Positions 38,105 through 48,630 of a DNA stretch of 64,000 nt are shown here, piece after piece. How positions within the stretch are numbered: the stretch's first letter is position 1; each line of letters begins with the position of its first letter. The position numbers and the translations under genes are program-made. This DNA is from Patescibacteria group bacterium (GTDB lineage: Bacteria > Patescibacteriota > CPR2 > UBA1875), in contig JBGSRK010000011.1 in assembly GCA_041737595.1 (NCBI GenBank), forward strand, positions 2,658 to 66,657, read 5' to 3'. A model generated the notes under the pieces. The model saw only the letters and a list, made by a program, of their open reading frames with translations. It had not been told where the DNA came from and did no database searches.

Positions 38105-39736
38105 ATGTTTGAAGATAAAATTAAAGACGAAATTCAATCTTCTGTGAGTATTTGTTTCGGGGAACATATAAAAACAGCAGATATTATTATAGAAAAACCT
38201 TCAGATAAAAAGTTTGGTGATTTTTCCTCGAATATTTCTTTCCAACTTGCAGGGAAACTTAAAAAATCTCCAAATGATATAGCTGAAAAGTTAGTAATTG
38301 ATTTAATAAAAACAAATAACTTTGAAAAAGTTGAAGCTGTTTCTGGTTTTATAAATTTTAAATTAAAAAAAGAAAAATATTTCAAAGTCTTAGAAGATAT
38401 TCTAAAAAATAAAGAATCTTTTGCTAAAAATAATGTCCTTAAGAATAAAAAAATCCAAGTAGAGTTTATTTCAGCAAATCCAACTGGTCCACTTACTCTC
38501 GCAAATGGGAGAGGGGGATATTCTGGTGATACTCTTTCTAATGTTTTGGCATTTTGTGGGGCAAACGTTGAAAGAGAATATTATGTTAATGATGGCGGGA
38601 ATCAGGTAAAAATACTTGGAGAATCTGTTCTTGTATCTGCTGGCTTATTAAAAAAAGAGGATGATATTTATCGGGGCGAATACATCGATAAGTGGGTTAA
38701 AGATAACAAAAAAGAAATAGAAAAATTAAAAGAAAAACCTTTTGAAATTGGTTACCTCTGTGCTAAATATGTGATGGAAAATTATATCAAAGCAGAAGTA
38801 AAAAGCATGAAGATTGGTTTTGATAATTGGTACAGCGAAAAATCTCTTTATGACAGAGGGTTAGTTGAAAAAGCTTTATCTTTTCTTGATAATAAAAAAT
38901 TAACTTACGAAAAAGATGATGCAAAATGGTTAAAAACATCAGAGTTTGGAGATGACAAAGATAGAGTAATTGTAAAAACCAACGGCGAATACACATATGT
39001 AATGCCTGATATCGCATATCATTGGGAAAAATTTACAGATAGAAAATATAATCAAGTCATTGATATTTTAGGGGCGGATCATCATGGTTATACCGAAAGA
39101 ATGCTTGCAGGCGTTGCTACACTTGGTTATCGTGATAATCTAACCTATATTTTAACTCAGATGGTCCGTTTGGTTAAAAACGGTAAAGAATTCAGAATGT
39201 CTAAAAGAAAAGGTGTAGTTGTAACTATTGAAGATCTTTTTGAGCTTATCGGAGGGGAAACAAGTGAAGCATCTGATGTTGCAAGATTTTTCTTTCTTTC
39301 ACGTTCTTTTAATACACATATGGATTTTGATTTAGATCTAGCAAAAGAACGTTCAGAAAAAAATCCAGTTTTTTATGTTAAATATGCCTACGCTCGAACA
39401 TATGGGATATTGTCAAAATCAAATAAAAATAACTCAAAACCAAATTTAAAATTATTAACAGAAGATGCGGAGATAGAGCTTATTGATAAATTATCAGAAC
39501 TTCCTGCACTTGTGCAGATGATAGCAACTACAGGTGATTACCCTGTTCATCTACTAACTTCCTATGCTATTGAAGTAGCAAAAAAATTCCATCACTTTTA
39601 TGATAAATGTCGAGTGATTGATGAAGAAAACCCTGAACTTACTAATGCTCGTCTTTCTTTGGTTTCCGGTACTAAAATTATTCTTGGTATAGTTGGTAAA
39701 GATCTTATTGGTATTGATATGCCAGATAAAATGTAA
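38105..39736 (+). CDS. argS: arginyl-tRNA synthetase
   Basis: Class I HIGH-like SANPTGPLTLANGRG, a DALR anticodon-binding C-terminus and the MSKRKG (KMSKS) motif. Start taken at ATG 38105 (MFEDKIK). Confidence 0.9.
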   Translation: MFEDKIKDEIQSSVSICFGEHIKTADIIIEKPSDKKFGDFSSNISFQLAGKLKKSPNDIAEKLVIDLIKTNNFEKVEAVSGFINFKLKKEKYFKVLEDILKNKESFAKNNVLKNKKIQVEFISANPTGPLTLANGRGGYSGDTLSNVLAFCGANVEREYYVNDGGNQVKILGESVLVSAGLLKKEDDIYRGEYIDKWVKDNKKEIEKLKEKPFEIGYLCAKYVMENYIKAEVKSMKIGFDNWYSEKSLYDRGLVEKALSFLDNKKLTYEKDDAKWLKTSEFGDDKDRVIVKTNGEYTYVMPDIAYHWEKFTDRKYNQVIDILGADHHGYTERMLAGVATLGYRDNLTYILTQMVRLVKNGKEFRMSKRKGVVVTIEDLFELIGGETSEASDVARFFFLSRSFNTHMDFDLDLAKERSEKNPVFYVKYAYARTYGILSKSNKNNSKPNLKLLTEDAEIELIDKLSELPALVQMIATTGDYPVHLLTSYAIEVAKKFHHFYDKCRVIDEENPELTNARLSLVSGTKIILGIVGKDLIGIDMPDKM

Positions 39737-39769
39737 TTTTTTTTCGTATACTTCTCAAAAGTAAATAAT

Positions 39770-41176
39770 ATGGATAAAACTATAAAAATTATTTTAATAA
39801 TATCGATTCTTTCTGCAGCTGGGTTGATATTATATTTTGCTAAATTTAATAATAAATCATCCATAGCTAAAAACAATGAAGTCAATAAAAAAACATATAC
39901 AGAGTATTATGTCCCAGTTACAAATTATTGGTCCGGAAAAGAAGATATATCAATTAATGAATTAAAAAATAAAAATATTATAATTGAATTAGGTGAAAAA
40001 GATAATCTTAAAGAAATCTTGGGTGATGTAATTTTGGAGAATCAAGAAAAATCACTTAAAGATATAGAGCTTGTAGCGAAAGAAGAAATAGCCATTATTA
40101 AATGGGATAGTGTTACTCCAAATTTAAAAACACTCTCAGTTGATAAATTATATTTATGGTCGCAAGAACAAGATAATAATTATTTATTAAAGAAAAAAAT
40201 AGAAACAGATAAAAATATAAAAGATATAAACGAATTTAATCCATTAAACATTACAAGAATTGTTGCAGGTGGTGATGTAATGCTTTCGAGACATGTATCA
40301 ACCAAAATTAAAAGTTTAGGGGAACTTGCCCCATGGAAAAAAATTTCAGATTTTTTTAAACAAGCTGATATTTCTTTTTTAAATTTGGAAGTACCTCTAT
40401 CCGACAGGTACCCAACCCCATCTTCAGGGATGAGTTTTATTGCTCCAACTGAATATGCTAACGGGCTTATTTTTTCCGGAATCGATATTGTATCTGTCGC
40501 AAATAATCATAGCGCCAACTTTGGCCAAAAAGTTTTTGAAGATAATTTAGATACACTTAAAACAAATAATATTCTTGCTTGTGGAGGTGGAATGAATGAT
40601 GTGGAGGCAAGAACACCAAAAATTATCGAAAAAAATGGTATCAAATTTTCTTTCTTATGTTATAACGCAATCACGGGTGGTCTTGCTGCTGATTCAGATT
40701 CAGGCACTGCATTTTTAAGCATAGAACCTTGGTATCGTGACAATGAAGCAAATATTAAAAAACTCGAAGAAGATATTAAAAGCGCTAAAAAGATTTCCGA
40801 TGTTGTTATTGTTAGCCCTCACTGGGGAGTGGAATATAAGCTTGCGCCAAATTCTTCACAACAAAAAGTAGCAAAAAGAATGATAGACGCTGGAGCAGAT
40901 TTAATTATTGGCACGCATCCCCATGTTGTTCAAGCTTCTGAATATTATAAGGGGAAATATATAACATATTCTTTAGGTAATTTAATTTTCGATCAGGAAT
41001 GGTCACAAGAAACAAAACAGGGGATTATACTTGAGAATTATTTTTATAAGAACAAACAGGTTTCTGCAAATATAATTCCTATTCAAATAAAAGATTACCA
41101 TGAACCAAACTTTACACTTTTTGATTTGAGTCGTTTAATTATTGAAAAGATAAAATCAGTATCAACTGGTTTTTAG
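39770..41176 (+). CDS. CapA/PgsA-family metallophosphatase-fold protein (poly-gamma-glutamate/capsule synthesis-like), membrane-anchored
   Basis: N-terminal TM, VAGGDVMLSRHV...ISFLNLEVPL...SVANNHSANFG...GTHPHVVQ (PGA_cap). Confidence 0.7.
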   Translation: MDKTIKIILIISILSAAGLILYFAKFNNKSSIAKNNEVNKKTYTEYYVPVTNYWSGKEDISINELKNKNIIIELGEKDNLKEILGDVILENQEKSLKDIELVAKEEIAIIKWDSVTPNLKTLSVDKLYLWSQEQDNNYLLKKKIETDKNIKDINEFNPLNITRIVAGGDVMLSRHVSTKIKSLGELAPWKKISDFFKQADISFLNLEVPLSDRYPTPSSGMSFIAPTEYANGLIFSGIDIVSVANNHSANFGQKVFEDNLDTLKTNNILACGGGMNDVEARTPKIIEKNGIKFSFLCYNAITGGLAADSDSGTAFLSIEPWYRDNEANIKKLEEDIKSAKKISDVVIVSPHWGVEYKLAPNSSQQKVAKRMIDAGADLIIGTHPHVVQASEYYKGKYITYSLGNLIFDQEWSQETKQGIILENYFYKNKQVSANIIPIQIKDYHEPNFTLFDLSRLIIEKIKSVSTGF

Positions 41177-41306
41177 TTAATTTATCAATTAACTATACCT
41201 TTTGTTCTACTAAAATATTGTAACCAAAATATCCGATCGAAAAAAACGATTACAAGATTTTATTAAATTTTAAATAATAAATTTTTTAATTATAAATTAA
41301 AAACAA

Positions 41307-43571
41307 TTAGAAGTTGACAGTGTAAATTTTACCGCCAGAAAGAACATATATAAGTGAAGTGTCGTCTATGACAACTAAATCTTTAATATCTTTTAAATCG
41401 CTTGAAATGTATTGTGCAGAGAAGTTTTGTTTATCATCGATTTTGATCAATTTATTTTTCTGAGCAACTATATATAATCCTGCGACAATAGGGTCTGCAT
41501 AAATATTTTTTGGATCGGTAATATTCTCTGGTAGATTATTTGGGTTAAAGGTTTGTCTTTTGCCTGAGGTATATTTTTTTATAAAACCATCATTTGAAAT
41601 GACATAAATATCACTATCAATAGCAATAGAAACAGCAGTACTTAAATCTTCACCAGTGCTTGTAATATAATTTGTTTTTTTACCATATCCTCCAGATATT
41701 TTAGTATGTTTATATATTTGGTTATCTTCTGGTGATAACAAATAAATATTTGTTCCATAAGATGAAATATCAATTGCATTAGGAACTCCACCTGACACAT
41801 TTTGTTTTGTAGCTTTTTTAGATACTAAATCAATTTCATATATTTCTTTTGAATCTGTATAGGCAACAATTGTTTTTCTACTTTCAATAAAAGTGGCAAA
41901 ACTGATTTTCCCATCAATATTTGGTTTATCAACAATAGTTGCTGTAAGTTTTGAGGCAGGGTCTAGAGAATAAACAGAACCGTCGGAAAAATTTAAGGTA
42001 TAAAATATCTTTCCGTCATAATATAAACCATCTAGATTTTCTTTTGAAAAATCAAAGAACATATTTGCTGAGTTTCTTATAATACCAAGTGCTAGGTCTT
42101 TTGTTTCTGTAATCTTTTTAAGCAAAGCTTCCGCATCTGTTTTTTTATAATCAGTTTTTGCAGCATTTTCGGCTAAGCCTTCTGCAATTTTTAAATCTTC
42201 AAGGGCAACTAATTTATCTCCAGAAGAAATATTTGTTAATGCAGTTTCATACTTTGTTTTTGCTTGATTATATAAATTGTCTGCTTCTGTTTTTTTATTT
42301 TGAATATTATTGTTATATGCTAAAAAACCAAAAAGACCTACAACCACCAATATTGCCGCTCCAAGATAAATATATGAATATTTACCCTTTGGCATAGAAA
42401 ATCTTTTACCTGCTGATGATAAACCATCTTTTGCTTTTGAAAGAAAGGAAAAATTAAATCTTTCAAGAGAAACTCTTTTTGGTTTCTGCTCGCTTTCTTT
42501 TATCCTTATCTCTCTTTCAAAATTATCTTCATTTGGTGCGATAAGAATCCCATCATCAGTATCTGTTTCAAGGTCTGAATATAATTTTTCACTTTGAGGA
42601 TGAATTTTTTCTTCAGATTCAATTATTATTTTTTCAGCATCTTTTTCTTTTCTAAAACTCTTTATTTGCTTTACAACTTTTTGGACACCTTTTTTTGCGA
42701 TAGGGTATGCCCTTGTTGTAATAAATGCAGAAGCTGAAGAAGTAGCTTTGCCTATAAAATCAAAAACCTTAGCTGCACCATGTAAAGTATTTTCTGAAGC
42801 AACATCAAGTGGCCTTGTTTCTGGTGTTACCCAAACCTCGGCAGCAGGTTCTTTTTCTGTTTCTTCTGATGAAGCCGCAAAAGCTTCTGGGGATACCATT
42901 TCAAGAATTAAAATTGCATTTGGTTGAGAAGAACCATTTTCTCCAGCGATAATTTTTGATATATCAGAAGCCGCATTGATAGGGCTTCCACTTGTAGCGA
43001 ATTTTTTTAATTCACTTTTTGATAATTTATAAAAAACTCCAGGAGTAACAAGAACCATACGATCATTTTCTGATAATTCCCCTGAAGCGACATTGATAAA
43101 TGTTCGAAGAGGGTTAACACTGTCACCAGCAAGATCTTCTGTGATATGCATTGCATGTTCACCTCTATATAGATAAGCCTCGGCTTTTCCTGCTTGAGTT
43201 ACATGGAGCATATTATCTGTGAGTACAGCAAGAATAGCATTCATTTTGCCAAGCCAATGTATTTGGCCTTCAGAAGATCGTTCGGCGAGAGTTTCATTAA
43301 TTTTCGCGAGGGATGATTCAAATGATTCAAGTGGATTTTTATCAGTATCTTCATAATATTCATTATGGAGCACATCAATTATCTGTTCTGCAATTTCTTC
43401 AGCATGTCCACCCGCATCTTCAAGTTCTATGACAGCATAAATAGAACCATGCTCCTGCTCTTTTGGATTTCGAGGAATGTGTTCATAAGCGATTGCAATC
43501 GCTTCTTTATCTTTTGATCTTTTCGTTTCAGAAAGGACCTTTGCAGTTTTAGAAACAAGCTTTTTGCCCAT
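41307..43571 (-). CDS. membrane-spanning PP2C-like (possibly degenerate) phosphatase domain protein with an extracytoplasmic beta-propeller-like repeat domain
   Basis: N-terminus has PP2C-like blocks (IELEDAGGHAEE; VTQAGKAEAYLYRGEHAMHITED; SENDRMVLVTPGV), but Lys replaces the usual Asp of the GDSR block. Single TM (YIYLGAAILVVVGLFGFLAY). The C-terminal half has YxxxxIYxL-type repeated beta strands. Confidence 0.45.
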   Translation of the reverse strand: MGKKLVSKTAKVLSETKRSKDKEAIAIAYEHIPRNPKEQEHGSIYAVIELEDAGGHAEEIAEQIIDVLHNEYYEDTDKNPLESFESSLAKINETLAERSSEGQIHWLGKMNAILAVLTDNMLHVTQAGKAEAYLYRGEHAMHITEDLAGDSVNPLRTFINVASGELSENDRMVLVTPGVFYKLSKSELKKFATSGSPINAASDISKIIAGENGSSQPNAILILEMVSPEAFAASSEETEKEPAAEVWVTPETRPLDVASENTLHGAAKVFDFIGKATSSASAFITTRAYPIAKKGVQKVVKQIKSFRKEKDAEKIIIESEEKIHPQSEKLYSDLETDTDDGILIAPNEDNFEREIRIKESEQKPKRVSLERFNFSFLSKAKDGLSSAGKRFSMPKGKYSYIYLGAAILVVVGLFGFLAYNNNIQNKKTEADNLYNQAKTKYETALTNISSGDKLVALEDLKIAEGLAENAAKTDYKKTDAEALLKKITETKDLALGIIRNSANMFFDFSKENLDGLYYDGKIFYTLNFSDGSVYSLDPASKLTATIVDKPNIDGKISFATFIESRKTIVAYTDSKEIYEIDLVSKKATKQNVSGGVPNAIDISSYGTNIYLLSPEDNQIYKHTKISGGYGKKTNYITSTGEDLSTAVSIAIDSDIYVISNDGFIKKYTSGKRQTFNPNNLPENITDPKNIYADPIVAGLYIVAQKNKLIKIDDKQNFSAQYISSDLKDIKDLVVIDDTSLIYVLSGGKIYTVNF

Positions 43572-43669
43572 ACAAAATTAACTCTTTAGCTAAAAAAGAA
43601 TATACCACAATTATAGATATTTCAAAAGCAAAAAAATCAAAAAAATTAGTTTAATGTTAAAATGTATTT

Positions 43670-46582
43670 ATGAAAGATATTGATTTACTTAATGACCTAA
43701 CAAAAAAACAGATAGAAGCTGTTACTCATAATAAGGGGCCTATTCTTGTTGTTGCAGGGGCTGGAACGGGTAAAACCACCGTAATTACAAGAAGAATTTC
43801 TTGGCTCATTACAAAAAAATATGCTAAACCAGAGGAAATTTTAGCACTTACTTTTACAGAAAAAGCCGCCACAGAAATGATAACTCGGGTAGATGAACTT
43901 TCTGATTATATTTATTCAGGTCTAAATATCTCTACGTTCCACTCATTTGGGTCAGATATTATCTCAGAATTTGCTTTCGAGCTTGGACTTACGGCTGATA
44001 TAAGAGTGTTAACTGATGTTGAACAAGTTCTTTTTATAAAAGATCACATTTTTGATTTTGAGTTTTACCATTATCAAAATTTGGCGGATCCAACATCATT
44101 AATAAAAGAATTAATAAAAACCTTTTCACGGCTTAAAGACGAATCTATAAGCCCAGATGAATTTATATCAAATGCTAAAAAACAAATTAAAAGTTCAAAA
44201 ACCGTTGAAGATAAAGAAAATGCGGAAAAACAAGTAGAGATGGCAAATGCTTATAAAACTTACAATAAACTCTTGCGAGAAGAAGGATATATCGATTATG
44301 GTGATCAGATTAATCTTGTTCTTGAGCTAATGAAAAAACCTTCATGTGCGAAAAAAATTAGAGATAAATTTAAATATGCTCTAATAGATGAATTTCAAGA
44401 TACAAATTATGTTCAAAGTAAGTTAATATTTGAAATTTTTGGTAAAAATGGGAATGTAATGGTGGTGGGAGATGATGACCAAAGTATTTATAAATTTCGT
44501 GGGGCTGCTATTTCTAATATATTAAATTTTAGAGAGCAATATGAAAAAGTCAAAACAGTAATTCTTTCGGATAATTTTCGTTCTACCCAAAATATTTTAG
44601 ATGCATCATATAAATTAATCCAAAACAACAACCCAAATAGGCTCGAAGCAAAATATAATATTTCAAAGAAACTGAAATCACATCTCCCCAATAAGGAAGA
44701 TCCAAAACTAATTTTATGTGAAACTGAATCCCAAGAAGCAGAGGTAGTTGCAGAAGAAATTATAAAGAAAAATAAAAATGGGTTAAATTTCGGTGATATA
44801 GCAATTTTATTCCGAGCAAACCGACATGCAGAAGAGTTTATAAGAACTTTAAAAAAACATAGTATTCCTTTTATATTTTCAGGGGCGGAGGGTCTTTATC
44901 AAAAACTAGAAGTGAAAATGCTTGTTTCTTTAATTTCCGCTTTATATAACCCAGAAGATGATTTGGCCACTTTTCATTTAGCTTCTTCAGATGTATATAA
45001 TATGAATGCAGATGATCTGGTTCAAATTTCTGGTTGGGCCAGGAAAAGAAATCGCCCACTTCAACAAGTATTCACAGATCTATTTTCACTTTCAGAACAA
45101 CTTTCTTTATTCCCAGAAACAATTGATATTAGTCTTAAGATAGTAGATGATTTGAGTAATTTACGACAAGAAGCAAAAACATCCACAGCAGGAGAAGTTG
45201 TTAATCTTTTTCTAAAAGAATCTGGTTATTATTCAAAATTAACTCATCTTGCAAAAGATGGTTCGATTGAAGCACATAATAAAATTACTAACATTGCCTC
45301 ATTTTTTGATAAGATTATTCATTTTCAACGTAATTATAAAGACCACTCTCTCCAAAAATTTGCCGAATATCTTGAACTTATACTAGATGCTGGGGATGAT
45401 CCAAAACCTTTTGAAATAACAGACGGGGTTGAGGCTGTAAATATTTTAACTATTCATAAGGCTAAAGGGCTTGAATTTGATACGGTTTTTATCTCTTCGT
45501 TATCTGATTCTCATTTTCCCGGGGCAGATAGAAAAGATAAACTACCATTCCCAGATGAATTATTGAAAGAGAAAGCAGACATGGCTTCTGGGACCGAAGA
45601 AGAAAGAAGACTTTTTTATGTAGCTTCAACAAGAGCTAAAAATAGTCTATTTTTTACGGCTGCTCTAGATTATGGGACAAAAAGAACCCATAAAATTTCT
45701 AGGTTTATAATAGAAACTCTTGGTCTCACAGGAATTGAACAAAGATTTTTAAAAACTGAAGCCATAGATAAAGTAAGACACTTTGATAAATTACCTACAT
45801 TATATGGTACAAAAATTGAACCTATTCCTGATTCTGAAAAAATTATTCTTTCGAGAGCTGCCATTGATGATTATTTGACTTGTCCATTTAAATATCAATT
45901 AATCCACGTAACCCCAATAAGAATTGTTGCAGATGCAACTGTCGCTTATGGGACAGCTATACATAATACAATTGGTGAATATTATAAAAGGAAAATGTCA
46001 GGGAGCGACGTAAAACTTTCGGAGGTTTATGAATGGTTTGAACTATTTTGGGATGAAGCTGGATTTCTTTCTAGAATTCATGAAAAGAAGAGGTATGAAT
46101 CAGGCAAAAATACTTTAAAATTGTTTTATGAAACTGCTGAAAAATCTCCTCTACCGACTTATCTAGAAAAAGAATTTAAATTTCCGATAGGAAATAATAT
46201 TATTAAAGGTCGTTATGACGCTGTTTATGAATCAAAAGATAAAACAGAAATTATTGATTACAAAACTTCTAAAATCACAAATCAAGAAAAGGCAGATGAT
46301 AGAACAAAAAAATCTTCTCAACTCGAAATGTATGCACTTTCATGGAAAATTATAAATAATAAATTACCTGATGCAGTTAAATTATATTTTGTTGAAAGTG
46401 GAATTGTCGGCACTTTTACTCCCACAGAAAAAAGCATAGAAAAAACAATTAAGAATATAAATATCGCAACAGAGGGCATCAGGAAAAGAGATTATCACGC
46501 AACCCCCAAATATGATAAATGCCCCTATTGCCCGTTTAAATTTTATTGCCCCGTGGCAATTACAGAAAAAGTCAGTTCATAA
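43670..46582 (+). CDS. UvrD/PcrA-family SF1 helicase fused to a C-terminal Cas4/AddB-like PD-(D/E)xK nuclease with a 4-Cys cluster
   Basis: LVVAGAGTGKTTV (Walker A), DEFQDTN, GDDDQSIYKFRGA, VNILTIHKAKGLEFD and YVASTRAK. The C-terminus has GRYDAVYE...EIIDYKTSK plus CPYCPFKFYC. Confidence 0.8.
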   Translation: MKDIDLLNDLTKKQIEAVTHNKGPILVVAGAGTGKTTVITRRISWLITKKYAKPEEILALTFTEKAATEMITRVDELSDYIYSGLNISTFHSFGSDIISEFAFELGLTADIRVLTDVEQVLFIKDHIFDFEFYHYQNLADPTSLIKELIKTFSRLKDESISPDEFISNAKKQIKSSKTVEDKENAEKQVEMANAYKTYNKLLREEGYIDYGDQINLVLELMKKPSCAKKIRDKFKYALIDEFQDTNYVQSKLIFEIFGKNGNVMVVGDDDQSIYKFRGAAISNILNFREQYEKVKTVILSDNFRSTQNILDASYKLIQNNNPNRLEAKYNISKKLKSHLPNKEDPKLILCETESQEAEVVAEEIIKKNKNGLNFGDIAILFRANRHAEEFIRTLKKHSIPFIFSGAEGLYQKLEVKMLVSLISALYNPEDDLATFHLASSDVYNMNADDLVQISGWARKRNRPLQQVFTDLFSLSEQLSLFPETIDISLKIVDDLSNLRQEAKTSTAGEVVNLFLKESGYYSKLTHLAKDGSIEAHNKITNIASFFDKIIHFQRNYKDHSLQKFAEYLELILDAGDDPKPFEITDGVEAVNILTIHKAKGLEFDTVFISSLSDSHFPGADRKDKLPFPDELLKEKADMASGTEEERRLFYVASTRAKNSLFFTAALDYGTKRTHKISRFIIETLGLTGIEQRFLKTEAIDKVRHFDKLPTLYGTKIEPIPDSEKIILSRAAIDDYLTCPFKYQLIHVTPIRIVADATVAYGTAIHNTIGEYYKRKMSGSDVKLSEVYEWFELFWDEAGFLSRIHEKKRYESGKNTLKLFYETAEKSPLPTYLEKEFKFPIGNNIIKGRYDAVYESKDKTEIIDYKTSKITNQEKADDRTKKSSQLEMYALSWKIINNKLPDAVKLYFVESGIVGTFTPTEKSIEKTIKNINIATEGIRKRDYHATPKYDKCPYCPFKFYCPVAITEKVSS

Positions 46583-46675
46583 AATTATTATAGATATTTT
46601 GATATTGCACTAAATATTATAATTTAGGTATAATTTAACAAAGGTCGAAAGTCTAATTAATAGGAGGAAATTATT

Positions 46676-46858
46676 ATGACTTCTAAAAATGTACTCATGG
46701 TTGTAGGTGGTCTTGTAGCTCTTATGGGGTTATGGGGTCTTGGAGTTTACTTTGGTTGGGTTCCTGCAGTTTTCGATGTTGTAGACCCATGGTGGCATGC
46801 AGTCTTGAAGGTTGTCTTGGGCGGTTATGCTTTCTATGTCGCATACAGCGAAAAATAG
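46676..46858 (+). CDS. small membrane protein (uncharacterised)
   Basis: 60 aa with two TM helices, AGGAGGAAA Shine-Dalgarno and a terminator immediately downstream. Confidence 0.45.
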   Translation: MTSKNVLMVVGGLVALMGLWGLGVYFGWVPAVFDVVDPWWHAVLKVVLGGYAFYVAYSEK

Positions 46859-46872
46859 TACGTACTATTTTA

Positions 46873-46899
46873 TAAAAGCCCTCTTTCGAGGGCTTTTAT
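46873..46899 (+). terminator. rho-independent terminator
   Basis: aaaagccctc-tttc-gagggctttt. Confidence 0.7.
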
Positions 46900-46917
46900 G
46901 ATTAAAAAAATGAAAAA

Positions 46918-46952
46918 CTTGCACAATAAAAAAAGTAGCAGTAAAATAATTC
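46918..46952 (+). promoter_or_regulatory. sigma70-like promoter upstream of pyrG
   Basis: TTGCAC, 17 nt, TAAAAT. Confidence 0.5.
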
Positions 46953-47009
46953 TAGTTAGGGGGATTCGCGGGCAGAAATTTAATATTAATTATGCGGATT
47001 TAAATTATT

Positions 47010-48620
47010 TTGGTTAAAAAGAACACTAAATATATATTTGTTACTGGAGGTGTACTTTCGGGCCTCGGAAAAGGGATAATGGCGGCATCTATCGGTCATA
47101 TCCTAAAAAGCCGAGGTTTTTCTGTAAACCTTCAAAAATGTGATCCATATCTTAATTGTGATGCAGGGACTCTAAACCCAGGGGAACATGGTGAAGTTTT
47201 TGTAACAGATGACGGTGCGGAAACTGATCTTGATCTTGGACATTATGAAAGATTTCTTGATCAAAATCTGACACAAAAATCATCACTAATGAGTGGACGA
47301 ATATATAACGCAGTTCTTGCTGAAGAACGGTGTGGCGCTTATTTAGGCAAAACAGTTCAAGTTATTCCACATATAACGGGTAAAATTCAAGAAATGATAA
47401 TCGAAGCTGGTAAAGGTTTTGACATCCATATAGTTGAAATCGGAGGCACAATTGGTGATTTTGAAGCCCTTCACTTTTTAGAAACAATAAGACAGATGAA
47501 ACGAAAAGTTGGTCCAGAAAATGTATTATATGTTCATCTTGTATTTATGCCTTTTCTTGAGACTTCAAAAGAGATAAAAACAAAACCAGCTCAAAGCTCA
47601 ATCCGAGATCTTATGTCTCTTGGAATCCACCCAGATGTTATTGGTTGTAGGGCCGATAAAACAATTTTACCTGAACATCTTAAAAAAATAGCTCTTTTTG
47701 CAGATGTAGATGAAGAGGCTGTTATTGCTCTTCCAACAATTAAAACAGTGTATGAGGTTCCAATTAATCTTGAAAAAGTTAATCTTGGTGATTATATTAC
47801 AAAAAAATTACATCTTGGGAAACATCCAAATAAAAATGGTTGGTATAAACTTTTACCAAAAATAGAAAAATCTGAAAAGTCGAAGAAAATTGCATATATT
47901 GGTATCGTTGCAAAATACCTTCAAAACGAAGACACTTATAAATCTGTAACAGAAGCACTTAAATCAGCCGGTTGGGAGACTGATGTAAAAGTAAAATGGG
48001 ACTGGGTTGATTCAGAGAAAGTTGAAAAAGTTGGCACAAAAATTTTTGAAAAATATGATGGTATTTTGGTCCCTGGCGGTTTTGGTAATCGTGGGACAGA
48101 AGGGAAAATTGCGGCAGCAAAATATGCACGAGAAAATAATGTGCCATATCTAGGTCTTTGTCTTGGAATGCAAGTTGCAACCATTGAATTTGCAAGAAAT
48201 GTCGCAGGTATAACCGGGGCGACATCTGAAGAATTTTCAGAAAAAGCAAAAAACAAAGTTATACATATTATGAAAGATCAAATAAAAATACTTCACCGAA
48301 AAGAGATGGGTGGTTCAATGAGGCTTGGAGCATATCCATGTGTTCTCGCTGATGGGTCACTGGCTAAAAAACTTTATAAAAAGAAAAATATTTTAGAACG
48401 TCATCGTCACAGATATGAATTTAATAATGATTATAAGGAAAAATTAGAGAAAACTGGGCTTTTATGTTCTGGTGTTTCACCAGACGGGAAATTGGTTGAA
48501 ATGGTTGAGATACCTACCCATAAATTTTTTATTGCCTCGCAATTTCATCCAGAATTCAAATCAAGACCAGATCGAGCCCACCCAATGTTTTTAGGATTTA
48601 TAGAAAAAGCAAAAAAATAG
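47010..48620 (+). CDS. pyrG: CTP synthase
   Basis: KYIFVTGGVLSGLGKGI N-terminus and a C-terminal GATase (GLCLGMQ, HPEF). Apparent TTG start at 47010, because the upstream in-frame ATG is followed by TAA. Confidence 0.9.
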   Translation: MVKKNTKYIFVTGGVLSGLGKGIMAASIGHILKSRGFSVNLQKCDPYLNCDAGTLNPGEHGEVFVTDDGAETDLDLGHYERFLDQNLTQKSSLMSGRIYNAVLAEERCGAYLGKTVQVIPHITGKIQEMIIEAGKGFDIHIVEIGGTIGDFEALHFLETIRQMKRKVGPENVLYVHLVFMPFLETSKEIKTKPAQSSIRDLMSLGIHPDVIGCRADKTILPEHLKKIALFADVDEEAVIALPTIKTVYEVPINLEKVNLGDYITKKLHLGKHPNKNGWYKLLPKIEKSEKSKKIAYIGIVAKYLQNEDTYKSVTEALKSAGWETDVKVKWDWVDSEKVEKVGTKIFEKYDGILVPGGFGNRGTEGKIAAAKYARENNVPYLGLCLGMQVATIEFARNVAGITGATSEEFSEKAKNKVIHIMKDQIKILHRKEMGGSMRLGAYPCVLADGSLAKKLYKKKNILERHRHRYEFNNDYKEKLEKTGLLCSGVSPDGKLVEMVEIPTHKFFIASQFHPEFKSRPDRAHPMFLGFIEKAKK

Positions 48621-48630
48621 TTGACAGATA

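Noticed and set aside
47936-48256. Two overlapping minus-strand ORFs inside pyrG
   Set aside because: They are antisense to the CTP synthase gene and have no independent support.
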